From contig CAOKJC010000002.1 in assembly GCA_948468685.1 (NCBI GenBank), positions 1 to 33,428 on the forward strand: a stretch of 33,428 nucleotides of DNA. Reading direction: 5' to 3'. This document shows positions 7,743 to 17,159 of the stretch, in pieces; the stretch's first letter is position 1; every line of letters starts with the position of its first letter. Position numbers and translations under genes: made by a program. The DNA is from an uncultured Clostridium sp. Its GTDB lineage: Bacteria; Bacillota; Clostridia; TANB77; CAG-508. The notes under the pieces are model-generated. The model was given only the letters and a program-made list of their open reading frames with translations, searched no databases and had not been told where the DNA came from.

Positions 7743-10409
7743 ATGTGGCATACACAAAGAAAAGATGAAGTTTTAAAAAACTTAGGAACAAATGAAAAAA
7801 ATGGATTAGCAGATGAAGAGGTAAAAGTAAGACAAGAAAAGGATGGAAAGAATAAACTAGAAGAGAAGAAAAAAGATAGTTTTTTTATCAAATTTTTAAA
7901 ACAATTTAATGATTTTATGATTATTATACTAATAATTGCATCAATTGTATCTGCATTTGTTTCAAAAATGCAAGGTGAAAATGACTATGTTGATTCTATT
8001 ATAATTATTGGAATAGTAGTTTTCAATGCATTAATGGGAGTTATACAAGAAGCAAAAGCAGAAAAGGCAATTGAATCATTAAAACAAATGACACCTCAAA
8101 TTGCAAAAGTTATTAGAAATGGCAAAAAAATTGAGATTAATGCTGAAGAATTGGTAAAGGGAGATATTATAGAACTAGAAGCTGGAAATTTTGTTCCTGC
8201 TGATTGTAGAATTTTAGAAAGTCACAATTTAAAAATAGAGGAATCGTCTTTAACAGGAGAAACAGAGCCAGCGTTAAAAGATGCAGATATGATTTGTAAA
8301 AAAGATATAACACTTGGTGATATGAAAAATTCAGCTTTTATGGCAAGTATTACAGTAAATGGACATGGAAGAGCGGTAGTTACAGAAATTGGAATGAATA
8401 CAAAAGTTGGACAAATTGCTAATATGATTATTGAAGATACAGAACCAGAAACCCCATTACAGAAGAAATTAGGAGAAGTAGGGAAAATACTTGGATTAGC
8501 GTGTCTTGTTATTTGTATAATAATATTTGTAATTGGGTTAATTAAACATATAGAACCTGTTGAAATGTTTATGACTTCTGTTGGACTTGCAGTTGCAGCT
8601 ATACCAGAAGGTCTTCCAGCAATAGTAACAATTATGCTTTCTATTGGTGTTACAAAAATGGCAAAAAAGAATAGTATAATTAGAAAATTGCCAGCAGTAG
8701 AAACACTTGGAAGTAGTAGTGTAATTTGCTCAGATAAAACAGGAACATTAACTCAAAATAAAATGAGAGTTGTAGATGTAAGAGGAAAAAATAAGAAATT
8801 CATAATTGAATTAGCGACATTATGCACAGATTGTGAGATTTCTGTGGAAAATGGAAATAAGAATGTTTCTGGAGAACCAACAGAAAAAGCGATTGTAGAA
8901 GAAGGTATAAATATTGGTGCTATAAAAAGTGAATTAGAAGTATTGCTACCTAGAATTAATGAAATACCATTTGATTCTAATAGAAAAATGATGACAACAA
9001 TACATAAAATAGGAAATAAATATAGAGTAATTACAAAAGGGGCTCCAGATGTTTTATTACAAAAGTGTATAAAAGAAATTTCAGATATTAATGAAATAAA
9101 TAATCAGTATAATATAAAAGCTCAATCTTTAAATATTTCTAAGATACAAAATGAAAACAGACAAATGGCACAAAATGCATTAAGAGTAATTGCTGTTGCG
9201 TATAAAGATGTAGACTATTTGCCAACTAAAGTAGATACAGCAAATATAGAGAATAACTTAACATTTGTAGGTCTTATTGGAATGATAGACCCACCAAGAG
9301 AAGGCGTAAAAGAAGCTGTAAGGACATGTAAAGAAGCGGGAATAAGAACAGTTATGATTACAGGGGACCATTTAGAAACCGCAAGAGCGATTGCAAAAGA
9401 CTTAGGAATTTTAGAATCAAAAGATAAAGCTATTACAGGTCAAGAATTAGATAAAATGACTCAAGAACAGCTAGAAAGGAATATAAGAGATTATTCAGTA
9501 TTTGCAAGAGTAACACCTGAGCATAAGGTAAGAATTGTAAAAGCTTGGCAAAGAAAAGATGCAGTAGTTGCAATGACAGGAGATGGAGTAAATGATAGCC
9601 CAGCATTAAAAAATGCTGATATTGGAATTGCAATGGGAAAAAATGGTACAGATGTTGCTAAAAATGCAGCTGATATAATCCTTACAGATGATAACTTTGT
9701 AACAATAGTAGAGGCTGTAAAACAAGGTAGAAACATATATGATAATATTAAGAAAGCGATACATTTTTTAATTGCTACAAATATAGGAGAAATAGTAACG
9801 ATTTTTGTTGGATTGATATTAGGACTAAAATCACCATTACTTGCAATTCAATTATTATGGATAAATTTGGTTACAGATTCATTACCAGCAATAGCTTTAG
9901 GTTTAGAAAAGCCTGAAAAAGATATAATGAATAGGAAACCTGTAAGCCGTAAAAAAGGAATTTTTGCTGATGGATTATGGAATAAAATTATTGTAGAAGG
10001 TGTAATGATTGGTATTTTAACACTTGTTGCATTTAGTGTTGGTAATAAATATTATGGATTAGAAGTTGGTAGAACAATGGCATTTTTATCAATAGGTTTA
10101 TTGGAATTGATACATAGTTTTAATATTAAAAGTGACAAGTCAATATTTGGAAATAATTTATTTGAAAATAAATATTTGGTAGGAAGCTTTGTTTTAGGTG
10201 TGTTTATTCAAGCTATTGTAGTAGTTATACCATTTTTAGCAAATATATTTGAAGTTGTTCCTTTAAATTTAACTCAATGGATTATTACTGCTTGTATTTC
10301 TATGCTTCCTATTCCAATTGTAGAATTGCAGAAGAGAATGGATGTGAAAAATGGAGTAAGTTTAAGAAAAAATAACAAAATATATAATTGTATCAGTAAA
10401 AAAGTTTAA
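7743..10409 (+). CDS. P-type Ca2+-transporting ATPase (P2-type, YloB/SERCA-like)
   Basis: Motifs TGETEP, phosphorylation site ICSDKTGTLTQNKM, KGAPD, MITGDH, hinge TGDGVNDSPALKNADIGIAMG. About 10 TM segments. Start at ATG 7743, 8 nt after GGAG. Confidence 0.95.
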   Translation: MWHTQRKDEVLKNLGTNEKNGLADEEVKVRQEKDGKNKLEEKKKDSFFIKFLKQFNDFMIIILIIASIVSAFVSKMQGENDYVDSIIIIGIVVFNALMGVIQEAKAEKAIESLKQMTPQIAKVIRNGKKIEINAEELVKGDIIELEAGNFVPADCRILESHNLKIEESSLTGETEPALKDADMICKKDITLGDMKNSAFMASITVNGHGRAVVTEIGMNTKVGQIANMIIEDTEPETPLQKKLGEVGKILGLACLVICIIIFVIGLIKHIEPVEMFMTSVGLAVAAIPEGLPAIVTIMLSIGVTKMAKKNSIIRKLPAVETLGSSSVICSDKTGTLTQNKMRVVDVRGKNKKFIIELATLCTDCEISVENGNKNVSGEPTEKAIVEEGINIGAIKSELEVLLPRINEIPFDSNRKMMTTIHKIGNKYRVITKGAPDVLLQKCIKEISDINEINNQYNIKAQSLNISKIQNENRQMAQNALRVIAVAYKDVDYLPTKVDTANIENNLTFVGLIGMIDPPREGVKEAVRTCKEAGIRTVMITGDHLETARAIAKDLGILESKDKAITGQELDKMTQEQLERNIRDYSVFARVTPEHKVRIVKAWQRKDAVVAMTGDGVNDSPALKNADIGIAMGKNGTDVAKNAADIILTDDNFVTIVEAVKQGRNIYDNIKKAIHFLIATNIGEIVTIFVGLILGLKSPLLAIQLLWINLVTDSLPAIALGLEKPEKDIMNRKPVSRKKGIFADGLWNKIIVEGVMIGILTLVAFSVGNKYYGLEVGRTMAFLSIGLLELIHSFNIKSDKSIFGNNLFENKYLVGSFVLGVFIQAIVVVIPFLANIFEVVPLNLTQWIITACISMLPIPIVELQKRMDVKNGVSLRKNNKIYNCISKKV

Positions 10410-10417
10410 ATAATTAA

Positions 10418-10535
10418 ATTTGGGTTTCGATATTTTTTAATATAACATTATCAGATACCCCAAAACTAAGTTTAATATGGGATTATATTCCAAGAGAATT
10501 ATCAAAAGAGAATTCAAAATTTGTATATGGGCATG
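10418..10535 (+). pseudogene. short relic of an AAA_14/DUF4143-family ATPase gene
   Basis: The frame reads ...LSDTPKLSLIWDYIPRELSKENSKFVYGHV. This aligns with AFDSIPVQLAKENQKFQYKVI of the intact ATPase at 17160..18452. There is no start codon and similarity is lost on both sides. Confidence 0.45.
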
Positions 10536-10814
10536 TACTTATATTGTCTTTATTTTTATCGAAATTTGCAAAAAGTCTTGAAAAAACAAAAAAGTTATGA
10601 GATACTTTAGAAGTAAAATTATTATATTTTTGCAAATAAGAACTTTGAAAAAAGAATAATCCATAAAATAATATTTAAGTTTTTATAAAGTATATATTTA
10701 TTTATAAATGATAAAAACTTAAAAATATTATAAAAAATAAGTATATTTATTTGTAAAAATATAAATAATAAAAGAAAAAATAGAAATAAGGAACAAAGGA
10801 GGAAAAATTATAAA

Positions 10815-12002
10815 ATGAAAAAGCAAAACAAAGGTATAACACTTGTAGCATTAGTAATTACAATTATCATATTATTAATTTTAGCGGGAATCTCAATAAG
10901 TGCATTAACAGGAAGTGGATTATTCCAAAAGGCAGGAGATGCCAAAAATAGTTATGAAGAAGCAGAAAGAAGAGAAAATTCAATATTAGGAGAATATGAA
11001 AACTATATTGATAATTTAGGAAATGGTGGAAATGCAGGAAATTTACCATCAACTGAAGAAACAACACCATATATGCCAGATGAAAAAAGTAAAATAATAG
11101 AGAATTCAGATTTAGAAACAGGATTAGTAGTAGCAGATAAAAATAATAATGAATGGGTATGGATAGTAGTGCCAAAATCAGTAACAGCAAGTGCAACAAC
11201 AGATTTAGAAATAGAAAATGCATTACAAACATATGCAACAGATTATAGAAGTTCTTGGACAGATGAATGGTATGAAGGATGTGGATTAACAGAAGCACAA
11301 TATAATGGAAATAAAAGTAAAATGTTGCAAAGTATAAAAGCAAATGGAGGATTTTGGATAAGTAGATATGAAGCAGGAATAGAAGGAAGTGTGCAAAATC
11401 CATCTTTAGCAAGAACAGAGCCAGGAGAATTAACAGAAACATCACCAAAAGCAGTAAGTAAGCCAGACCATATACCATATAATATGGTAACATGTAGTCA
11501 AGCACAAAATCTAGCAAGTCAAATGAGTCCAGATACAACAAAAACAAGTAGTTTATTATTTGGAATACAATGGGATTTAGTGTGTAAGTACCTAGAGGGA
11601 AAAGACGGATTAACAACAGCAGATATAAATGAAGATAGTTCAAGTTGGGGAAATTATAGTAATAATTCATTAAATATAACAAGTGCAAAAGCTATGGGAG
11701 CAGAATTCAATACATCAACATATCAACTAGGAGAGTGGCAAAATGTTACTGAGAAACCAGCAAATAAACTAATTCTATTAACAACAGGAGCATCAATAGG
11801 AACTAAGAAGATGAATATATATAATTTTGCAAGTAATGAAGCAGAATGTACATTAGAAAAGGCGACCGACAGCTACAATCCATGTTGCAATAGGGGAGGC
11901 TCTTACTTTAGTACAGGTTCCGTCAGTCCAGCTTCTAGCCGCATCATCAATGATCCTTCTATCAGTAACGTCCTCATTGGTTTACGCGTTTCACTTTATT
12001 AA
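10815..12002 (+). CDS. pilin-like N-terminus fused to an FGE-sulfatase / C-type-lectin-fold domain (candidate DGR target protein)
   Basis: AAGGAGG RBS. N-terminus MKKQNKG|ITLVALVITIIILLILAGISI. C-terminal domain motifs of the formylglycine-generating-enzyme (DUF323) fold: GFWISRYEAG, PYNMVTCSQAQNLASQM, LLFGIQWDLVCKYL, NIYNFASNEAECT, RGGSY...IGLRV. Confidence 0.8.
   Translation: MKKQNKGITLVALVITIIILLILAGISISALTGSGLFQKAGDAKNSYEEAERRENSILGEYENYIDNLGNGGNAGNLPSTEETTPYMPDEKSKIIENSDLETGLVVADKNNNEWVWIVVPKSVTASATTDLEIENALQTYATDYRSSWTDEWYEGCGLTEAQYNGNKSKMLQSIKANGGFWISRYEAGIEGSVQNPSLARTEPGELTETSPKAVSKPDHIPYNMVTCSQAQNLASQMSPDTTKTSSLLFGIQWDLVCKYLEGKDGLTTADINEDSSSWGNYSNNSLNITSAKAMGAEFNTSTYQLGEWQNVTEKPANKLILLTTGASIGTKKMNIYNFASNEAECTLEKATDSYNPCCNRGGSYFSTGSVSPASSRIINDPSISNVLIGLRVSLY
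11862..12002 (+). other. DGR variable-region-like 3' segment of the pilin-FGE gene
   Basis: Abrupt composition and codon shift. 18 of the last 46 sense codons end in C (acc gac agc tac tgc ggc tac tcc gtc agc cgc atc atc atc aac gtc ctc cgc), whereas upstream codons are almost all A/T-ending. The peptide RGGSYFSTGSVSPASSRIINDPSISNVLIGLRVSLY fits the RGGSW(N)n..R(N)nP(N)n.IGFRV layout of FGE-type DGR VRs. Confidence 0.5.
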
Positions 12003-12214
12003 AGTAGGACTGAACTCTAAAGCCGTGACTATAACATTATAAAAAAATTAGTTTTAAAAGTACAGATTATAAAAAATTTATAGTCAAAATAGATTAATTA
12101 ATATAAAAACTATTGTAAAAACAGTAAATATATGTTAATATAATAAAGTAAAACAAAAATGAAACAATTAAAAAATCCGATTAAAAAGCAAAGTATATAT
12201 ATATTTCAAAATTT

Positions 12215-12505
12215 TACAGAGAGAATATCCAAGGTTGAGAGATATTTAAATAAAATATATAGAAATTTCACTTTTTAGGACTTCTTTTGAATAAAGAAAT
12301 ACAACTTCACAATAGTTCAGTTGTATAAGTCATTTGTAAAAAGCAAAGCTTTAACAACTGACTTAAGTAGGAAGAAGCGGTTGAACCGTTAAAACTATAA
12401 TGAGGTTAATTAAAAATAATTAATAAAATTAGGTGGTACCACGGAATAAATCCATTTCGTCCTATAACTATATAAAAAATATAGTAGGATGAAATGGATT
12501 TTTTT
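12215..12505 (+). promoter_or_regulatory. T-box riboswitch leader (tRNA-Phe expected) controlling pheST
   Basis: Stem I AGAGA box with a GGTTGAGA distal loop (12218..12245). Conserved T-box sequence AGGTGGTACCACG at 12431..12443. Terminator arms AAATCCATTTCGTCCT (12448..12463) / AGGATGAAATGGATTT (12486..12501) followed by T runs. I could not assign the specifier codon by eye. Confidence 0.85.
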
Positions 12506-12513
12506 GTGAAAGT

Positions 12514-12642
12514 GAGACATTTGGGACAGTACAAATATGTCTTACAAATTTAGTCGAATAATGTAAAAAATACACTTATAAAAGAAAGTCGACAAAAAAT
12601 AACAAAAATAATGAGACAAATTTGGACTGTCCCAAGTGTCTC
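12514..12642. repeat. 129-bp MITE-like inverted-repeat element, copy 1 (between the T-box terminator and the pheS RBS)
   Basis: Terminal inverted repeats GAGACATTTGGGACAGTACAAAT / ATTTGGACTGTCCCAAGTGTCTC (21 of 23 complementary). The 3' ~45 nt are identical to copy 2. The same-length copy is at 13707..13835. Confidence 0.8.
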
Positions 12643-12658
12643 AAGGAAGGAAATTATA

Positions 12659-13708
12659 ATGAAAGAACAAATTTCAAAAATCAAAGAAACTTCAGTAGAA
12701 GAAATAAAAAAAGCTGAAGACTTAAAAGAACTAAATGAAATAAAAGTAAAATACTTAGGAAAAAAAGGAGAACTAACAGCAGTATTAAGAGGAATGGGAG
12801 GACTATCACCAGAAGAAAGACCAATAATAGGAAGCTTAGTAAATGAAGTAAGAGATGAACTAGAAAAAATAATACAAGAAAAAGAAGGAAAATTCCAAGC
12901 AGAAGAATTAAATAAGAAGTTAGAAGCAGAAAAAATAGATATAACACTACCAAGCACTAAAATGAAAAGAGGAAGCTTGCATCCAGTAAATAGAATAATA
13001 GAAGATATAGAAGACTTATTTGTATCTATGGGATATGATGTAGTAACAGGACCAGAATTAGAAAATGACGAATACAATTTTGAAAGATTAAATCTTCCAA
13101 AAGGACATCCAGCAAGAGACATGCAAGACAGCTTCTTTATTAGTGATAAGTATTTATTAAGAACACAAACATCAGCAGTTCAAGCAAGAACAATGATGGC
13201 AAATGAAGAAAAAACACCAATAAGAATAATAACAACTGGAAAAACATATAGAAGAGAAGATGATGCAACACATTCACATCAATTTAATCAAATAGAAGGA
13301 TTAGTAATAGACAAAAAAGAAAGAAATGTATCATTAGCAGATTTAAAAGGAACATTAGAAGTATTTGTTAGAAAAATAATAGGAGCAAATTTAGAATTAA
13401 GATTTAGACCAAGTTATTTCCCATTTACAGAACCATCTTATGAAGTAGATGTAACATGCTTCAAATGTGGAGGAAAAGGATGTAATCTATGTAAACAAAC
13501 AGGTTGGATAGAAGTATTAGGAGCAGGGATTGTACATCCAAATGTTTTAAAAATGAATGGATATGACCCAGAAGAATTTGGTGGATTTGCATTTGGTACA
13601 GGAATAGACAGATTAGCTATGTTTAGATATGGAATTACAGATATGAGATATTTATATGCTAATGATGTGAGATTCCTATCTCAATTTGATAGAAAAGATG
13701 AAGAATGA
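12659..13708 (+). CDS. pheS: phenylalanine--tRNA ligase alpha subunit
   Basis: Start at [10 protein letters not shown] after AAGGAAGGA. The ORF-track start at 12611 reads through the repeat element. Class II motifs: [41 protein letters not shown]. Confidence 0.97.
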   Translation: MKEQISKIKETSVEEIKKAEDLKELNEIKVKYLGKKGELTAVLRGMGGLSPEERPIIGSLVNEVRDELEKIIQEKEGKFQAEELNKKLEAEKIDITLPSTKMKRGSLHPVNRIIEDIEDLFVSMGYDVVTGPELENDEYNFERLNLPKGHPARDMQDSFFISDKYLLRTQTSAVQARTMMANEEKTPIRIITTGKTYRREDDATHSHQFNQIEGLVIDKKERNVSLADLKGTLEVFVRKIIGANLELRFRPSYFPFTEPSYEVDVTCFKCGGKGCNLCKQTGWIEVLGAGIVHPNVLKMNGYDPEEFGGFAFGTGIDRLAMFRYGITDMRYLYANDVRFLSQFDRKDEE

Positions 13709-13835
13709 GACAAGTGGGACAGTACAAATGTGTCTCACAAATATGTCAAAATGTGTCGAAAAGTAATAAAAATAATATAATTCGACAAGAAACAACAAAA
13801 ATAATGAGACAAATTTGGACTGTCCCAAGTGTCTC
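13707..13835. repeat. 129-bp MITE-like inverted-repeat element, copy 2 (pheS-pheT spacer; overlaps the pheS TGA stop)
   Basis: GAGACAAGTGGGACAGTACAAATGTGTCTC ... GAGACAAATTTGGACTGTCCCAAGTGTCTC, followed by the AAGGGAGGA RBS of pheT. Confidence 0.8.
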
Positions 13836-13850
13836 AAGGGAGGATAAAAA

Positions 13851-16223
13851 ATGAAATTAAGTTTAAATTTTGTAAAAGACTATGTTGATATAGATGAAAA
13901 TATAAATGTGCACGAGTTAGCAGAAGCAATGACAAAAGCAGGAAATGAATATGACTCAGCAGAGAAGTTAATAAATGCAACAAAATTAGTAATAGGAGAA
14001 ATTAAAGAATGTGAGATGCATCCAGATTCAGACCACTTACATCTATGTAAAGTAGATATTGGAAGTGAAGTTTTAGATATAGTATGTGGTGCACCAAATG
14101 CTAGAAAAGGAATAAAAGTTATAGTAGCTCAAGTTGGAGCTGAATTACCAGGAGATTTTAAAATTAAAAAAGGCACAATTAGAGGTCAAGAGTCAAATGG
14201 CATGCTATGTGCTTTATATGAAATAGGAATAGACAAAAAATTCTTATCAGAAGCAGATAAAAATGGAATACATGAATTACCAACTGACGCTCCAATAGGA
14301 GAAGATCCAATAAAATATATGAAATTAGATGATAGTGTTGTTGATTTTGAATTAACAGCAAATAGAGGAGACTTATTAAGTATTTTAGGGATGGCTTATG
14401 AATTAGGAGCAATTTATGATAAAAAAGTAAAAACAGTAGAAATTTCATACAAAGAAAATGGAGAAGATATAAACAAAGAATTTTCAATAGGAATAGAAAC
14501 AGAAAATTGCAAACTATTCTTGGCAAGAAAAGCTAAAAATGTAATAATAAAAGAAAGTCCAGAATTTATAAAAAATAGATTAATAGCTTCAGGAATAAGA
14601 CCTATTAATAATGTAGTAGATATAAGTAACTATGTAATGTTAGAATTAGGTCAACCATTACACTTCTATGATGCTGATAATTTAGGAAATAAGATAGTTG
14701 TAAGACAAGCAGAAAATGCTGAAAAATTGACAACACTTGACAATATAGAAAGAACATTAACAGAAAATGATATAGTTATTGCAGATGAGAAAAAAGCTAT
14801 TGGATTAGCAGGAGTTATGGGTGGACTAGATACAGAAGTAGAAGAAACAACTAAAAACATCACAATTGAAGCTGCTATATTTGACTCAGTAAAAGTAAGA
14901 ATGACATCAAACAAAATCTTAAGAAGTGAAGCAAGTAATAGATTTGAAAAAGGCTTAGACCCAGCAAGAACATATATGGCAATGGAAAGAGCATGTACAT
15001 TATTACAAAAATATGCAGATGCAGAAATAGTTACAGGAATTGTTAAATATGATGTAACAGACAATAAAGAAAAAGTAATTGAAATAACATATCAAGAAAT
15101 AAATGATGTGTTAGGAACAAATATATCAAAAGAAGATATAATAGACGTATTTAGAAAATTAGATTTTAAAACAGAAGCAAAAGAAAGCTCAGTAATTGTA
15201 ACAGTACCAACAAGAAGAATAGACATATCAATTAGAGCAGATTTAATAGAAGAAGTTGGAAGAATTTATGGAGTTGACAACATACAAGGAAAACTACCAG
15301 TAGTTCCAATGAGAATGGGACACTTAGATAGAACAACAAGAAAAATAAGAGCTAAGATGTCAAATATGGGACTAAATGAAACATTATCATATATTTTAAT
15401 AAATGATAAAGATGTTCATAAATTCACAACAGATGAATTTGAAGAAGTAAAATTGCTAGACCCAATAACAGAAGAAAGAAATACTTTAAGATACAGTATG
15501 ATACCTTCATTATATAAAATTTATGAATACAATAAAGCGAGAGAGAATAAAGATGTTTGTTTATTTGAAATAGGAAAAGGTTTCTGGAAGAGAAACGGAG
15601 AATATGGTGAAAATCAAAAAATATGTGTATTGATGTCAGGAGAATATTATACAGGAATAGGTCATAGTAAAAATGTAGATTTTTATGATATCAAAGGAGT
15701 TACAGAGGAATTATTAGATTATTTAGGATATGAAAATAGATATAGCTTTGTAATGCCAAAGAAAATGATATCAGAATTCCATCCAGGTCAAGTAGCAGAA
15801 ATTTCAGTAAATAATGATATTGTAGGTAGAGTAGGAAGAATACATCCATCAATTGAAAAAGAAGCGGTTTATGTAATGGAAATAAATTTAGATAAACTAT
15901 TAGAAAAAAGAGTTGGAAAAATGAAATTTAAAGAGATTTCAAAATTCCCAGTTGTTAAAAAAGATATAGCAGTTCTAGTAAGTAAAAATATGACATCAAA
16001 AGATGTTGAAACTTTAATTAAGAAAAAAGCTGGTAAGTTACTATTAGATATTAAAGTATTTGATGTGTATGAAGGTAAAAATATTGATGAAAATATGAGA
16101 AGTATTGCTTATTCTTTAACATTTGGTACTCAAGATAGAACTTTGAATGATGATGAAATTAATGGTATTTTAGATGGAATTATTAAGGATTTAGAGAATA
16201 AAGGGATTAAGATTAGAAAATAA
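13851..16223 (+). CDS. pheT: phenylalanine--tRNA ligase beta subunit
   Basis: 790 aa. N-terminal tRNA-binding domain (HPDSDHLHLCKVDIG), B3/4 and B5 domains, and a C-terminal FDX-ACB-like domain (FPVVKKDIAVLV). Confidence 0.97.
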   Translation: MKLSLNFVKDYVDIDENINVHELAEAMTKAGNEYDSAEKLINATKLVIGEIKECEMHPDSDHLHLCKVDIGSEVLDIVCGAPNARKGIKVIVAQVGAELPGDFKIKKGTIRGQESNGMLCALYEIGIDKKFLSEADKNGIHELPTDAPIGEDPIKYMKLDDSVVDFELTANRGDLLSILGMAYELGAIYDKKVKTVEISYKENGEDINKEFSIGIETENCKLFLARKAKNVIIKESPEFIKNRLIASGIRPINNVVDISNYVMLELGQPLHFYDADNLGNKIVVRQAENAEKLTTLDNIERTLTENDIVIADEKKAIGLAGVMGGLDTEVEETTKNITIEAAIFDSVKVRMTSNKILRSEASNRFEKGLDPARTYMAMERACTLLQKYADAEIVTGIVKYDVTDNKEKVIEITYQEINDVLGTNISKEDIIDVFRKLDFKTEAKESSVIVTVPTRRIDISIRADLIEEVGRIYGVDNIQGKLPVVPMRMGHLDRTTRKIRAKMSNMGLNETLSYILINDKDVHKFTTDEFEEVKLLDPITEERNTLRYSMIPSLYKIYEYNKARENKDVCLFEIGKGFWKRNGEYGENQKICVLMSGEYYTGIGHSKNVDFYDIKGVTEELLDYLGYENRYSFVMPKKMISEFHPGQVAEISVNNDIVGRVGRIHPSIEKEAVYVMEINLDKLLEKRVGKMKFKEISKFPVVKKDIAVLVSKNMTSKDVETLIKKKAGKLLLDIKVFDVYEGKNIDENMRSIAYSLTFGTQDRTLNDDEINGILDGIIKDLENKGIKIRK

Positions 16224-16290
16224 ATTGCAATTTTAAAGGTATAAGTGATGATGATGATTGACCTCTGAAATAAGAAAATAAGAAAAATAG

Positions 16291-16325
16291 AAAACGCAAA
16301 TTCTAAAATTGAATTTGCGTTTTTC
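16291..16325. terminator. bidirectional terminator between pheT (+) and the Cys-rich ORF (-)
   Basis: 12-bp stem AAACGCAAATTC / GAATTTGCGTTT flanked by an A run and a T run. Confidence 0.8.
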
Positions 16326-16361
16326 CATATGATTATAAGTATTTACTTAATTCTTTTTTCT

Positions 16362-16877
16362 CTATTCGACATCATATGCATCAGAACATTCGGAAAACTG
16401 AAAACAATTAAAACGAGAAGACTCAATCACAACTTCCTTAACCAATGTAATACTTTCAAATTCAGCAAGAATATTTGGATTAGAACACCTGTGATACTCA
16501 GAATATTTACAAAGTTCACATTTGCAAATCACATTACGTTTTCTTAATCTGAAGAAATATGTATAATGTCTAATACTACGACACTCTCCAGGCATACAAA
16601 TCCTTTCTTCAATTATGCTAAATCCAGCCTCTTTCCATGATTCACGTATAAGATATAAAAATTTAGTTGCATACTTATTAGGATTTTTCATTAGTAATTC
16701 TTTTGATTCAAAGAAAAATAAAACATCTCCATTCTGTGTATCATAGCCAGAATTAAAAGAAGTACATTCATTCCATGAATATTGTTCTAACATAATCTTA
16801 GAACAATTTTTTACACATTTACATGCAGATTCAACGTTTTCGTTTTTTTCGTAAAAATGAGCATTAATATCTCCCAT
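16362..16877 (-). CDS. Cys-rich hypothetical protein (171 aa)
   Basis: GGAGG RBS (revcomp of aatcctcct). Twelve Cys, including two CKCxxxC / CKCxxC clusters (CKCVKNC, CKCELCK). I do not recognise a family. Confidence 0.6.
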   Translation of the reverse strand: MGDINAHFYEKNENVESACKCVKNCSKIMLEQYSWNECTSFNSGYDTQNGDVLFFFESKELLMKNPNKYATKFLYLIRESWKEAGFSIIEERICMPGECRSIRHYTYFFRLRKRNVICKCELCKYSEYHRCSNPNILAEFESITLVKEVVIESSRFNCFQFSECSDAYDVE

Positions 16878-17109
16878 AGCAATCCTCCTAAAGTTTTAGA
16901 ATAGATTTACAGTCACTAAAATATAATAACCTCCTTAAAAATTATTTTCTTATAAATGTCAATTCACAGAAGAGAAAAGGAGTATATAAATAAGAATAAT
17001 AAGAGTATATCAGAATTTTATGTAAAATTCAACAAATATTTTAAAATTTGAATAAAATATAATAAAACGAATAAAATAACATATAAGTTCTAAAAAGTAA
17101 TAATGATAT

Positions 17110-17138
17110 TTGACTTTTTGAAACTTATAAGATATAAT
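17110..17138 (+). promoter_or_regulatory. sigma-A-type promoter of the ATPase gene
   Basis: TTGACT, 17 nt spacer, TATAAT. Confidence 0.6.
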
Positions 17139-17159
17139 TAAGTCAAGGGGGAGAGATTA

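Noticed and set aside
10867-11688. 273-aa minus-strand ORF antisense to the pilin-FGE gene.
   Set aside because: The L/F/Y/H-rich low-complexity translation has no recognisable motif, whereas the plus-strand frame has clear domain motifs.
12611-12658. N-terminal extension [16 protein letters not shown] of pheS suggested by the ORF track.
   Set aside because: It is a read-through of the repeat element. The same sequence sits upstream of pheT out of frame, and the ATG at 12659 has the proper RBS and a typical PheS N-terminus.
12550-13122. Minus-strand ORFs (12550..13122 and 12681..12953) antisense to pheS. Similar ones lie opposite pheT (14179..14526, 14666..15064), tig (24705..25394, 24893..25102, 25391..25573), clpP/clpX, and the ATPases.
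   Set aside because: These are shadow ORFs opposite highly conserved genes, with no RBS and no motifs.
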